DNA from: Felis catus
Taxonomy: Eukaryota
Assembly: GCF_018350175.1 (NCBI RefSeq)
Contig: NC_058368.1
Coordinates: 155,684,001-155,748,000 of the forward strand
Direction: 5' to 3'
DNA length: 64,000 nt
Shown here: one piece after another, positions 1-13,696 of the stretch
How the letters are laid out: every line of letters begins with the position of its first letter
Numbering within the stretch: position 1 is the stretch's first letter
The notes under the pieces: generated by a model
What the model was told of the DNA's origin: nothing
What the model saw: the letters and a program-made list of their open reading frames with translations, nothing else
Databases searched by the model: none
Program-made: the position numbers and the translations under genes

Positions 1-283
1 TCTTCTACCTGGGAGGTTATGCTAAGTACTTGGAGCTTATGTGCCTGCTTAAACATTCAAGTGAATATTGTTGCTGGAAGAAATTTCTATTCAACTACCT
101 ATGAGGGCTGTTTAAATGCAAACTCTACTGACCAACAAATATAGGACGATCCTTTAAGTTAGGGTATTAAAAGATGATTCTGATTATATGTTGGAATCAT
201 TTTTCTTATGAAAGCACATATCACATTTCTGAAGTGATAAAGTAAGTCTGTGGGAATAAATGGCTTGAAATAGATTCATTTGA

Positions 284-457
284 GGGGCTCCTGGGTGGCT
301 CAGTTGGTTAAATGTCTGACTTCAGCTCAGGTCATGATCTCACAGTTTGTGAGTTCCAGCTCTGCACTAGGCTCTGTGCTGACAGTGCAGAGCCTGCTTT
401 GTATCCTCTGTCTCTTTCTCTCTCTGCCCCTCCTCTGCTCGTGCACACACACACACA

Positions 458-491
<34 letters not shown>

Positions 492-515
492 AATAAACAA
501 ACATAAAAAAAACAA
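284..515 (+). mobile_element. Can-SINE (tRNA-derived carnivore SINE, SINEC_Fc-like)
   Basis: GGGGCTCCTGGGTGGCTCAG head, (CT)n tract and A tail. TSD gaaatagattcatttga at 267-283 and 516-532. Confidence 0.97.
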
Positions 516-3500
516 GAAATAGATTCATTTGAGATCGGACTTTTTAGGATTGTATTTACTGCACAAAACCATGTAAGCATTAAAAGGAAGAAAAGATAGG
601 GCTGGAATGAAAGTAGGTATTTACGTATATGGCTACATCTTCACCTCACAGATAGAGCACGTATACAAACTGTAGTAAAAGAGCATTCTGAGTTCATATA
701 CCAGTGAACTATAAACAACAGTCACTGGTACACTAAGTGTCCTCTATCAACATCCACTGTAATGGCAAACGCTGGAGTAGCACTTCAGATCACTAACAGG
801 AAGAAGAGAACCCTGAAACCTATCATTTAGACACCTGATGACAGCTCTGATGCAAGATGGCAGTGAAAAATTTATACCGAGGAAGGGTTGATGTGTGAAT
901 GAAGGAGAATTATTCTCCAAGCTGTGTTTTAAAATTCCTTCACGTGTCTGTTCATTAGCACTTCTTTGGGGGAGATTCCACTAGTTGAGTCAGGAATTTA
1001 GGGTCTATATTCCATTATCATTAAATATTGCCTCAGTTACATGAATATGAAATAATTCAAACAGTAAGAAATCTAAAATAAATAAACTCAGCACAGTACA
1101 TGATGTTTAATAAGCTTCAGCATTTATTACAGTAGGAAGCAGAATTTTTGTTACATCACACCTTTTGTTAAGTAACCAGTTTAGCCAACAGGTAATCCTC
1201 TAAAATGGCAAAGATATAAAATAGAGTCAGTAGTTCACTCATTTAGAAATTCAATTATATGTCACTGTTTCATAGCAGGTTAATTACTCCATTTACATTT
1301 TTGCAATTTTAGAATAGTGCATGAAAGGCGACAGACTGACAGCACTGCCGACTGAAATTCTTACACTATCTTCCTGAGTGTGAATAATATAAAAGACAAT
1401 GTACAAAACAGAACTACACAGAGGTTTTACGTGGTGAGGTTCTCAGTGAAACAGACATGGTGCGGAAATGGGAGAAGAAGAGAGGTGCTTTCAGAAAAAC
1501 TTTATTGAAGAGATAAGGCAAAGGGGAAGTGGTCAATTGGTAGGTAGTTTCTATGCTGTCCTTCTAGGCATATATGTATGAAAGAATGGAGGTCAAATAT
1601 CTACAAAACATCAATGTGTCTGAAGGGAGGCCTGCGAATGACATTCAAGAGAAGTTCAAAGAAGAAATCTTAGGCAAAAAAGAAACAGTGACTCCTTGTA
1701 GGGAAGGTTATCATAATCAGGAGTGTAACAAGACGCAGAAAAAAAGATACTGCCACAGACAGATCACAAAAGAAGACAATGCATAGGCATGAGGAACAAA
1801 TGTTGAATTTCCATAGTTCTGATCCTAACCCTCTTTCACAAGAACCCAACCTGCCATCCCTCACTGTGGGTGTCATGATGAAATCTACCATACTACTTTC
1901 TGTCACTGAGTTGTCAGCAAAAGCAAAGCTTCCCTAAGTCTGTCTCTTCCTACACAAGCTCCAGCACGTACTATGATCTATTAGTCATTTTCCTCCTCAC
2001 ATAGAAAAAAAAAAAACTCATTGGTGAATTTTCCAGTACTCAAATTAAATGTTTCTAGACATTAATTTGATATTGACACCACTTTTTAATGGCGTGTGGG
2101 AGTGGGTGAGTTAGACCCTAATGCCTTAAAACGTACATTCTAATAAGAGTCATGAATGCATCGCAATATCTCTTACGGTCTTTTATAGAAAAGAATGAAT
2201 TTACAGGTGGCATCAGAGCTTACTGAAACCAGTAAATATTAATTAATGCTGATGTGGCTCTACCTACAATATTGAAGTAAAGAATGGAAAAGTTGTTAGA
2301 GACATTAGAAATTACACAGTCCATTTCCTTTCTGTACAGATGAGAAAAAGAAGAAATGACTTAGATATAACCTCTAGTTCTGAAAGACATGGGATTGGCC
2401 CAGCTATAACTCAAAATTCCACAAATGATAATGCCTCTCCTTTATTCTGTGCCACTCTGTACTACCTAAAAGCACACGTGCCATTAGTTCCTTGGTGATG
2501 TATCCTAGTGCTCTGCTTCCTTGTAATACTATGGGTTCCAAAGTGACAGACATACTCTAATGCAAGTTTTGGAGATGGCAAGCCACCAAGGTAGTTTGTA
2601 CACATAAACTGCTTTAATTCTGTGGACTAAATAGCTATTGTTTTGTTCTTTTTCTGGTCAATATGGCAGGTAAAGTCAGTCAAACTGGTTTCTTCATGTA
2701 GATACTGCCTTACTATGGAAATGAATGTGGAAACATTCATCTTTGTCAGAAATTATGTCAAATTATTCAAATTTATTGGTGAATTACAGCAAACATCCCA
2801 GCTGATGAACATCTCAGTCATATGTTTTTTAGAGAACACTTATGGTTCTGCAAAGATAACACTACAATGAGCTTTCCCATTCTGAAGCAAAGATGTTTGA
2901 AGAGAGGACGGGGTCTGTTATTCAAGATAATAATTTGTTTTAATCATAAAACATTCCAAAGATGTCCAGCACTGTAAGTATTAAAATGTATTTCTTCCGA
3001 TAGTGTTGCTATTATTTTTCTCTCTTCCTGTTCCCCTCTTTCAAGACCTTTACAAGGCCATCTTCTAAGACCTTTCTGTCAGGCTCCATCTTTTCCATAG
3101 ACATACTGCGGCCTTCACATTAGCACTGCTTCTCTGGCTTGAGGTAATAAACGATTAGCTATAGCACACACATTGGTGTGATGTTCGTGTTACTCTTTTG
3201 CTGTACTACACCCAGCCACTGTCTCAAAAATTAATGCAAGTATATCAGGATCTGAAATTAACTTTTTATAGCCAAAAGCAATGTCCTCCTAGGAGGAGAA
3301 AAGCCTATTATAAATGGGCTAGCATCTGATTGCTTGTAGGTGGTGAGTACTAGGAAAATAACATTTCAAATTATAAAATGGGGACTATAACAAAAGCTGC
3401 CCCATATTGACTAACCAGTGTTTTGTTTACAGACTGGTAAGGTCTAACTAGGTGGTACCTATTTTTAGTAAGTGATAAATCTATTAGTGAAGATCAGAGA

Positions 3501-5074
3501 TGAGGCTAAATTAGCTAATGCTCTTACAATGTTATACAGAAATAATTTGAAAAATACTTGTATGAAAAATAACAGATAGTATTTCTCTATGAACTGTGTA
3601 TTAACCTTGAAAGCTTCCCCCCCCCAAGAAATCATATCAAACTAGCCACTGAATATATTTAAAAGTATATGTTGTTCAATAAACATCGAGAAACCACTTG
3701 GAAAATTAGAAAAGAAAGAAATCAACCTACAATAATGCACATATCCATTTCTCTTCGAAAAAATTTTAATAATTTCTCCTTATAATACGCATTGAGTGGA
3801 ACCCAATATGGGGTACCACGAAGCAAAGGTATTTTACAAATTTTATTTAAAACTTCCCATGTGTTTATGCTGAGATATTTTATTGGTGTTCAGACCAAGC
3901 TTCATCATACTAACAATATTTTTATCCCTTTTGGTCAGGATGTAAAATGTATGCCATGAAAACTTTAAGATCTGTGAAAATACTTTATTCTAATTAGTCA
4001 TGTTAAAAATCAATATCTTTAGCTAATAAAAACGGCATGATCTAATTGCATATTTTCTTCTATATGATGTATGGCTGTAACTCTAGAGGAGAATATGGAA
4101 TTTTACTAGTTCTCTCATGGATCTGATTAATTAGGAGAACAGAGAAAAATAGTTTTCTTTATTGTATAGGCTATGATTGCTTTCCACCTTTGGGTAGGGG
4201 GGACAGCAAGAAGACAGAGAGTTTTATTTTAAAAATATAACAAAGTCATTAATGTCTTTAAAAGTTAGAGGTAGTTCCTTAGTGTGAAACATAAGTATTT
4301 AGGTTTAAAATAGACATTAAGATTCTTAAAAATAACAAACAGAACAAACCTTTGTATTTTGAAGATCAAATGATAATCGTGAATTGAAAAAGTTTAGGTA
4401 ATTATGTTGTCATTGGATGATCAACTAGTGGCCACAGTTCTAATCTATAAATATAGTTATGAATGGTAATGAATCCACTTTTCTCTACTTAGTTTTAAGT
4501 GATCACCTAAAATACAAGCTTAATTACAGTCTTTAAAATACTTTAGAAGAATTGCAGGTCACTTTTTAACTAAGTACGTGCTTAAAAATTACAAACAGGA
4601 TCACTGAAATTATATAAGCAAAAAGGTACAAATTATTGCTATTTGTGCTCTTCATTCTTACGCTTTGCTTATCTTTCTCTTGACCTTTATCCAAATGAAT
4701 CACACTAACTCTTGAATGCTTTCTCTCACTTGATTTCTAAAGCTGTTCATCACACTTGCTGGCTAGAAGCACAGCTGGCAAGGGATCTAAACCTCATCAC
4801 TGGGCAAACTTGCCCTTCTGGTTTTGCCAAGAATGACATTTCCAATGGGGGAAAAAAGTTACTGTATGGGGCACTGGATACTGTATTTGTTTGTAAGAAC
4901 CAATAGCTCCACCCCCTTTGTTAGCACTACATATAGGCACTAGAAATAAAACCAAAATAACAAAGAATTAAAAAGCCTAGAGTTCTCTAAATTCAATTGT
5001 TAATTAAAGTAGGAGCACAGAAATCAGCTGAGTATTTTTACTCATTTCCTGAAGTAAGATGCAACTGAGGATAA

Positions 5075-5093
5075 GCAGTGCCCCCTAGTGTCA
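5075..5093 (-). promoter_or_regulatory. Candidate CTCF binding site
   Basis: Minus strand reads TGACACTAGGGGGCACTGC, a close match to the CTCF core CCAC(C/T)AG(G/A)(G/T)GGC(G/A)CT, in unique AT-rich DNA. Confidence 0.65.
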
Positions 5094-5278
5094 ATAACCA
5101 CAGACAATAAAAGCTAAAGGAAACTTGCTAATGTTAACTGAACTAAAATTATTAAAAATATATGCAGGTAATAAATTATAAATCCATCATTATTCAAATT
5201 TTAAAATTTACATGTATATAAAGCTACACCACATAATCATTTATTTAATACTGATTTGCTCAGGAATGTGTGCTCACA

Positions 5279-5283
<5 letters not shown>

Positions 5284-5327
<44 letters not shown>
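5284..5327. repeat. (CA)n microsatellite
   Basis: Pure AC repeat of about 22 units. Confidence 0.98.
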
Positions 5328-5329
<2 letters not shown>

Positions 5330-5723
5330 TACACAGACTGACATGGCCAAGATGTCTTTAATGTTCCAGGCAGCTCAGAAAAAATATTCCACCCAGCACA
5401 GCAGGCCATGCATGAAGCGGGTGTCAGCAAGCCCAGCAGAATCAGTCACTGTGAAGACGTCTAATAGGAACTGCTGAATACACAATACAAGGCAGCATGG
5501 CCTGAATGGCTAAAGTGGAATGGCCAGAATGGAGTCCGAAAACTCATCCGAAATTGTAATTAAACCTGTAATGAATGTTTAAACATTCTTCTTTTTCTTT
5601 TTTTTTTTTGCTAGTAATAGAAGGTTAGCATATTTAGCCTGTATTAGAGACGTATTTTATAAATGGTCTAACTTTTACTGTGCATGTTCTGAAAATTGGA
5701 TCCTAAAATTTTAAATACAAATA

Positions 5724-5727
<4 letters not shown>

Positions 5728-5773
<46 letters not shown>
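5728..5773. repeat. (TA)n microsatellite
   Basis: Pure AT repeat of about 23 units. Confidence 0.98.
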
Positions 5774-5776
<3 letters not shown>

Positions 5777-8315
5777 TTTAGAAGAAAATTCAACACACAA
5801 GATTAAAATGTTAGAAAATATGACATATATTTTATGGAATTGAAGTTGACTAATAATTTTTCTGACATAATCTATGAGAAAACTTAAAAGTTATTTTTAA
5901 AGATTAATGAGGTATCTACAGAGTGATACATGTGACACAAAGGTAAACTTAGCATCTCATTCTATAAAATACTATCTAGGTCAGTATTTATTAACAGCCA
6001 ATTTTTGGCATAGACCCCAGAAATGAAAGCAAACAAACAAAAACAATGTAAAAGAAAATACCCATACAAATAAAAATGACAAATAAAAAAGAAAAAAGCC
6101 AGGAAGAGTACAGTGTATACGACAAAGAGGCTAAAACAAATTAAAAAAAAACAGTTGCTTGATTTTATTTACATAAAAGTACAGGGCAAAAAAAAAAAAA
6201 GAGTTCAAGGCTATTTAAAACATGCGTTTATATAGGAAACCATTTGTCAATTACTTTTCCACATAAACCAGTGATGTATATACTATCAGTTTGCAGTTTT
6301 AAAAGCAAGGAACATAATTAGGCTTTTATGAAAAGATTCCAATGTGTGTTTAAATTGCTACATCTTTAAAATGAGGAAGGTGCAAATGTAGTAGTTTAGT
6401 ATGCATAAACACAATGTCTAAATGATAGTTAAAAGTCAATAGGTATTTAGGACCTTTACTATAACTTCTGGTTAAAGCAGAAGCTTGATACTTCAACTAC
6501 TTAAATTTAGGAAAAAGTTGTGAAACGCCTACTTTTGAGATTTTTAAGAAGTTTAACTCTAGCAGGGCTGTTAAAATCTTGGGTTAAAATTAAAAAAACA
6601 ACAACAACCTTTTTGCTTGTCACAGTACTTAGGTAATGTTAAAAAGGATATTAAAGCATATGGACATATTTATGTTCAATTTAATTGTATTAATGTCTAT
6701 TTTGTTGCATCCTAAATCAGGAAAAATAGGTACCTGCTTAGATAGGTGATGGTGACAAATCAAAGCTTATAAACGTGAGGGGAGAGGTCTGATTTTTTAT
6801 GTTGCAGAACTGTTGTACAAAATGCTACTGCAATTTGTACTAAACATCAAGTAATTTCTTATAAGCCTTCAAGAGGCAAAAACATAATTCATAGGAAGTT
6901 GTTGTGTTCTTTTACCTCTTTTACAAATTTTTGTTTTCATGGATCTTTAGTTTCATCTTTAATTTAACTATCCATTATTTGATTATTTGTTATTAATGTA
7001 GGCACAAAGTGATATGAAATTCCCAACCCCACCCTACAACTGGCCTACATCATTTCCCAAAAGACCCAAGAAAAAGAGAAGGATAACTTCTAAAAGCTAG
7101 GAGATAATGGAACACCATTAAGAAAGCTTCCATTTTCAGAGGTAAAAATTAATTTCTTAAACTTAACCCAGGACATTTCTATAAGTGTAGATTTGGGGGA
7201 TTTATGAATAAATGCCCAGACCAGGTTTTTCGTGGATAAAGAGGAAGGTAAATAGGTCCACGCCTGTTGCATGAAAAAGATACTGGGTTAGGAGTATGAA
7301 GACTGTGAAGCTAGGTTTACACACAGCTGGACAGAAATGGTGAGAAGGAGCTATTATTATTCCTACAAGTTAAAAGAAATGGACAAGGTTTGTAATCCAT
7401 GTACTCTATTATCATCATTAACATGGCAATGATTACATTTGATTCCTGCCTAGAACATCTCAGATAAAAGAGTTTGAAAGTATATGTACACAGACAGCAA
7501 CACAAAGATACAGTTTTACAATGTGAGCCTTTAGCTTTAATTTTCTAAAGCCTGCGTTAAAAATGTTCAAATACAGATATTCTTTTGCATATGTATTCTA
7601 AACAACTACAAACAAGAAATTCTTGTAAAGTGTTTAGAGGCAAAAAAGAGTATGAGATAAATAATTTCAAAGGAAGGAAGGTTATATCCTTAACACATGT
7701 GTATTCATTCAAGTATCTAACATGTAACAATCTCTTCATGCATATGATAGCACAAAGATTATTAAATGCTTCCACATACTTAAACAGTCATACATATGTA
7801 TCAAATAATTGACCATAATAAATTTTTAATCAATAGCTCTCATTATACAAAAAACATTTTCTTTAGGATGATAAAGCAAAACTGTACTAGACTTTTAGAA
7901 ATAAATCAGTATTATTAAAAGTTGGAAAAAAGGAATAGAGCATAAAGTAAATATTAGTCCTTGACATTATTTGTTTAGCCACAGAGATATTTTAAGTATC
8001 ATTTACAGCTGGTTATATTTACCAACAATGGTTAGTACTTGCTTATTAACCAGCAAATACTGTTTTAAAATATTATCTTGGGGCAGGAGTGAGGAAAATT
8101 AAGAGAAGGGTAGTAAACTATTTTTTCATTCAGAAATTATATAATCTTTTATTTATTTGCTTTACTTTTAGAAAAGTAACACTTCTGCATAAAACAAACT
8201 ACAGCTTGTTTTGATGATTTTTTTATATTGTATCTTGAAAAAATTAGAACTTTTACATATCCTAGTGTGAGTTAAAAATCTATAGTTACAATTAAAACTT
8301 AAGTTTTAAGCAATC

Positions 8316-8317
<2 letters not shown>

Positions 8318-8347
<30 letters not shown>
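8318..8347. repeat. (TA)n microsatellite
   Basis: Pure AT repeat of about 15 units. Confidence 0.97.
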
Positions 8348-8350
<3 letters not shown>

Positions 8351-8849
8351 ATTAGACAGTGACAGGAAATTTACAAGGGTATCCTTAAAGATGAGAATAT
8401 CAAATTTTATTTCACGAAACAATTGAGATTTTATGAAGAGATATATATAATATATAATTAATGGTTAATAATTTTTACTACTAAGTCACTGTAATATTAT
8501 TACAAATTCTCAGACCTACAATATGCTGCACAAGAAATACGGTAACTTCTAGAAATCGCCAATAAATATAGGATGCTTTGTCAAAGGGAAATAATGAGAA
8601 GAGGGCTGAAATCATTGTATCCTTCCTTCTATGATTTAAAAATAATTATTCTTGTATTTGAAAACCCATTAAGCTTGAAAGCTTTTTAGCAATTTCTTGC
8701 TTCTTCATTAGATATGGGAAAAAGTAATGGATTTCAGTGGACAACTTTTTACCAGCTATTTCATCATCTTTATGTTTCCCAGCACCTGACAACAAAGCCT
8801 CCCCCCCTCCACAGGTTTCCTCAGAAATGTTTTACAAAGAATCTGAGCA

Positions 8850-9400
8850 CAGCGAACATATTTTATCCTCAGACCTCGATATTCCCTGCACGGGAAAGTC
8901 TGGAGGACTCTTCTAAGTCTGAGGTCCCGAGTAGTACCTGAGCAATAATAAAAAGAGTGGGCATCATACAACATCTTGACAGAATTGCACAGAGGCCAAG
9001 TTCCTTTTTTTCCCACCAAATACTGAATTATATTTCTCCAGTGTGGGTCCATTCAAGCAGCTGATTATGTGGTGTAAATTTGGAGGAGAAATATAGCAAT
9101 TGTGACTGAATTATATAGCAGAAAATCTGGCCAGCTCAAGTGTGTATTTATACCTATTCAGAGTTGCACATGGTCATTTGTATTTGGGGTTGTCATTCAG
9201 TCCTATAAGGGGTTTTCAATGGATCTCCTGTACCACCATACACTTGTTGGTTGTATGCAGTCAATGGTTCTTCCACACAGCTAAGCAAAAGCACTTTCCA
9301 GCATCTGAATTAGCTTGTTTGATCATGGCTTGCTGTGAAATATAGACTCCTCTGACTTCTGAGGTAAAAGAGCTCTCCTCTACTCATGAGATTATTTTAC
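8850..9400 (-). mobile_element. Probable ancient RTE-clade LINE relic (C-terminal reverse transcriptase region)
   Basis: Minus-strand translation gives FYLRS (9369-9355), then after a frameshift MIKQANSDAGKCFCLAVWKNH*LHTTNKCMVVQ. This resembles the RTE pattern FxYLGS...RIxKASSAFGRL..RVWxNHxLxxxTKxxVY. Confidence 0.45.
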
Positions 9401-12400
9401 ATCTAGCAGGAGCTTAAGATATATACTTACTCATTCAGATATGCAAATTTAACCACCAGAGACAAGTAAATTATGCAAGATGATGTACGTTTCATTTTAG
9501 CTGGAAAAAAATGTGCAAACACTATACAATTCCATTTCAGAGAGCTATACTTGCACAAAGTTGAGATGCTCTGAACAAAAGTTGCAAGGTAATATCCATG
9601 TTTCCACAGACTGGATTCAGTTTTGAAGAGCTGTTTTTAAGTATCTGAAGAGGTTTTTCATGTCAGTACTTTGATGTGCCTTTTTTCATCGGTATTTTCA
9701 CAAGTTATTTTCCCAAATTACCCACTTATATTTAAACTTCAGAAAAAAATTATATCACTATTCTATGAATACTATTTTCATATTTATATGACTATATAAA
9801 ATTATTAACAATTTAACACAATTTAAGCTTCACCCACAAAGCTAATTTTTCCTATACAAGGCCCATTTTCTAATGCATGTTATTTAAATTAATAATTGTT
9901 TATTGCATGTCCACTTGCTGAAAAAATTTCACATAACTCACATATATACCTTATGAATGCTGTAGCTTTTAGAGACACCTTTGAACCAGCAAATGACATT
10001 ATCTAACAGCTTGACATGGTTACTGCTCTTGTATAATAAACACTGAGTTCACTCCAGGTTTAATTTGAAAGCACGAATTCTAGCATCTCTGATGCAAATA
10101 AAAGAAATGTGATCTCTAATATTTTACTATCAAATTTTACAAAACAGAATTATTAAAGTAGAAGAAGGTTTCTGTAGCTTATCATTTACTGAGTGATGCC
10201 ACAGTGATATCAGTGAACAAAATAATTGATGCAGTGTTTTTCTGTTACATTTATTTCCTATACTTTAACAATATTCAGAAATAGTGACCTGTTTAATGAA
10301 GATAAAGTAGAATATATGAAAATGTCCTGATTTGTAGTAAGTGTTACTAAATATGCTTTCCGAAACCATTGAGGAATTGTTGTAGCTGAGTGTAATTACC
10401 AACAGCACAATAATCAAATTCAGCCATGACACATTTCTAAATCTTTGCCAAAAGTAAACCTTCTCATAAATTCACATAGCCTCTGATGAAACAGCAAGCT
10501 GGTTGGGAGGAGGATGTTGCCGTGCATCTTGACAGAAACCTACATTTGTCTCACCAGTTCCTCACTAAAGATGTAGTAACTAGGTTGGGGGTAATGGGCA
10601 TTTTCTTGATAATTAGCTGTGTAGGCAAATATGTTCTTTGGCAGACAATATAAATGTTGATTTAAGGACCAGCCAATAAAGAGTGCTAAACTGTAAAACA
10701 TTCATTGCTCAGTTTCTCATAGATTTGGTTGAAGACTTAATTTTTATACTCAGGTTTCTAAAATAACGTACTACCACAAAAGTCATGATATAATGAAATG
10801 AACTTTACATATTTAATATTGATCTGTAGCTGCTTAATAACTTCCATATTTGACATGTGATTCACAGTAACATTACTTACTACTAATGATGAATAGTTAC
10901 AAGCAAGACATTCTGGACCACTGTTTCTTTGTGAAACTAATAAAACTATTTTCTTAAACACAGAAAGCAATGCATGTCTCACTGAAACTAAGAAATCTAT
11001 AAAGCTAGTAAAGATAAGTAGATAACCTATCACAACACCAGTAAATTTTAGTTTATGTCTACGTTTAAGAGATCATCTTTAAAGAAAACGGTTTTAAGCT
11101 GGAAGTGAGATACACTGTTTTAAAAACAAAAATAGCACAAGATAAATGGCATATACTCTGGCAATTTTCTTTAACGTAGCTTTTTCAAATATGATCTAGT
11201 CTACAGTGCATTCAAACTGCAGAAACATCCAAATTATTTAAGAAAAAAAAGAAGAGATACTTATCCTTGCAAAAAAGGGCCTATACTCAAAGGAACATCT
11301 GAATAAAATTGAGACATCTGCAGTAAAGTTTTACCTCCTCCCTAGAATGTTTGAGATGAACTCAGTGTAACACTGTCTTCCAAGAAAAGACAAAGTGATC
11401 AATGCAAGAACACATCAGGCTGCCTTGGACAGGCCAATCAATGCAAGAAAGAACCTTGCCCAGGGCCTTATGCAAATAGAAGCACGTCCCTCAACCTAGG
11501 GAGGGAACATGCGCAATAGATCAATTGGATCTAAAAAACCTTACAGCTATATCAGCTTCAGACAGTAAATATATACTGATGAATACCTCACACTTACCGC
11601 GAATTCTTAAAATGGGTTACTTTTAATAGCTAGTTAAAAACTTTCTGGGATCCAGAGTACAGCAAAGAGGAAGAAAACATCATGGGAGAAACACTCAGCA
11701 TTACTTTGGAGAATGCAAATAAAATTCTTGAGTTCTTAAAATTTCTAGGCATAGCTGAATTTTGCTGATGTTTCAGAAGGTTAAATTTTTAGTATGTTTG
11801 TATTCATGAACAGGAAATGAAAATCTTAAAAAAAAGCAGAGACTGTCTCAGGTAGTTCTTGAACCAGGAATAAATGAAAATGTTGTAGGAAAAATAATTC
11901 AAGTTTTAAAATTATAGTCATCATTCTCAGTCACCGAAGATTATCTTCTATAGTGGTTAACCTATCGATATAGAAGCAGTTTTTCTTTTAAAGGTAAAAT
12001 CTCTATTTCCAAAAGCCACTCTAAAATCTGATTAGAATGCATAATAAGTTCAAGGGCTACTTAGTACACAAAGTTAGTACACAAAGCTCTATCCCTGTTA
12101 AATGGTCTTGAAGGCAAGTCAGATGCTGTATAAGGCTACATCGAAAATGCTCAATTATCAGGTATTCAAGCAAGTACCTGAGCACAAAATTATTTCCAAA
12201 ATATTTTCATTTTTCTTTTGTTTTTAAACCTACAGTCTCTCCTTAGGAATATCACATTTTATAAAAGCCCTTCATAACTTAAAAGCCAAAATCATATTTT
12301 AAATAGGAATTATAGCATCAGCAACTATAATAAAGATACTGCCAAATGAATAAAAAACTCTGTAAACATCTGCTAGTACATTTACTTTGAAATTCTAAAT

Positions 12401-13504
12401 TTAAAACCCCAGCTGCAGATACATTTTCTAAAAGGTGTGTAGCAAATATTTCTAATATTAAAAATAAAATATATGACTTTTCCTTTACTTATTGATGTGT
12501 GAGCTCTCCTTAACAAAACACTATATGAAATATGAAAATCAGACATCTAATATAAAGCTTCACTATGTAAAACCGTTTATTTAGCTGTTGAGAGGACACA
12601 GATATAACACTCGTTTATTTAGCCAATGAAAAGAAATATGAGACTATGCAGGATAAACATAGCTTACTTTTTATTTTTCACATTTCTAGTGCTTTCTACA
12701 TTAGTAAGATTTTAAGTTTAAATTTACTCTAATAAAATTTTTTTTTTCCTAAGGCATAAATAAGTATGTCATTCATTTGTTTGAGCCTCTTTACTTAGAG
12801 TTAAAGCTTTATAAAAACTTTGCTGTTTACACGGAGCAAGCATGGAGATATAAAATCAAAGCACCATAATGCCCTTTTATAGCTCTTCAAATATTGGATA
12901 TCAGATGAAGTGCTTATAATAAATCAGAGACACAAAATAGCAGGTTAATTCCAGGGACTCAAATGTTTCCTTTTTCTATTTTTAATTTCGAATATAAAAC
13001 TTTTGATCAAGTAGTCTGATATCTGCAGTGAAATGTAAACTCCAATTTACAGTAAGAAAAATTCAAAGAATGAAGCAACTGTTGTTTCACTTTTTGTTAC
13101 AATATTTAAATTGCAATATTTTCTCCAATATACAGGAAAGAAATAGAAAAACAATTTTAGAGTACTATCATCTAATATTTGATATGTGTCGATGTGATAG
13201 GCAATGAATAATATTCTTCCTGATCTAAATCTGCACAATATGTGTATTTTTTGCTTTTAAGAGCATGTTCTCAATTTAAAAAGTATGTTAGGTATGATAC
13301 TCAGTTTACCAAAAATTCTGTACTTTACAAATATAAATGTAGAATTTCTTTAAATGAGAAATTCCCTCATCAATTAAAAATATCCTATTATAATATAGAT
13401 TTGTTTCATGCAGTGTTTTCAAAAACCCATCAGAGGAAAGAGCACTTCTTGGGTAAATTCATTAATGCTCATACTGCATTTCAATTTCAAATTTGATTTC
13501 AAGG

Positions 13505-13650
13505 TGGATTTCCATTCTGGCTCTGACCTTGGTTGTGCAACCCTGAACAAGTTCCTCAACTTTTCCCAGTCTTTCACCTGTTACAATGGGGCTAATAATA
13601 CCTACCTACAGAGTTAAATCTAAGTTGTAAAATGTCTTGCTAAAACAATG
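13505..13650 (+). mobile_element. MIR fragment
   Basis: Degenerate MIR core: ggctctgacc...aacaagttcctcaactt...aatggggctaataatacctacct. Confidence 0.75.
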
Positions 13651-13696
13651 TGTAATGACCAAATCCAATAGCATCCTAGACTAATGTTCTGTTCCG

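Noticed and set aside
280..580. Short ORFs such as MRGSWVAQLVKCLTSAQVMISQ (also at 22436, 53043, 58421, 59290 and 62535)
   Set aside because: These are translations of Can-SINE sequence, recurring in every copy.
8714..9345. Cluster of overlapping 60-98 aa ORFs as a small gene or extra FAM172A exon
   Set aside because: No resemblance to FAM172A. Stops and frameshifts interrupt the only recognisable motif, which is better explained as a decayed LINE.
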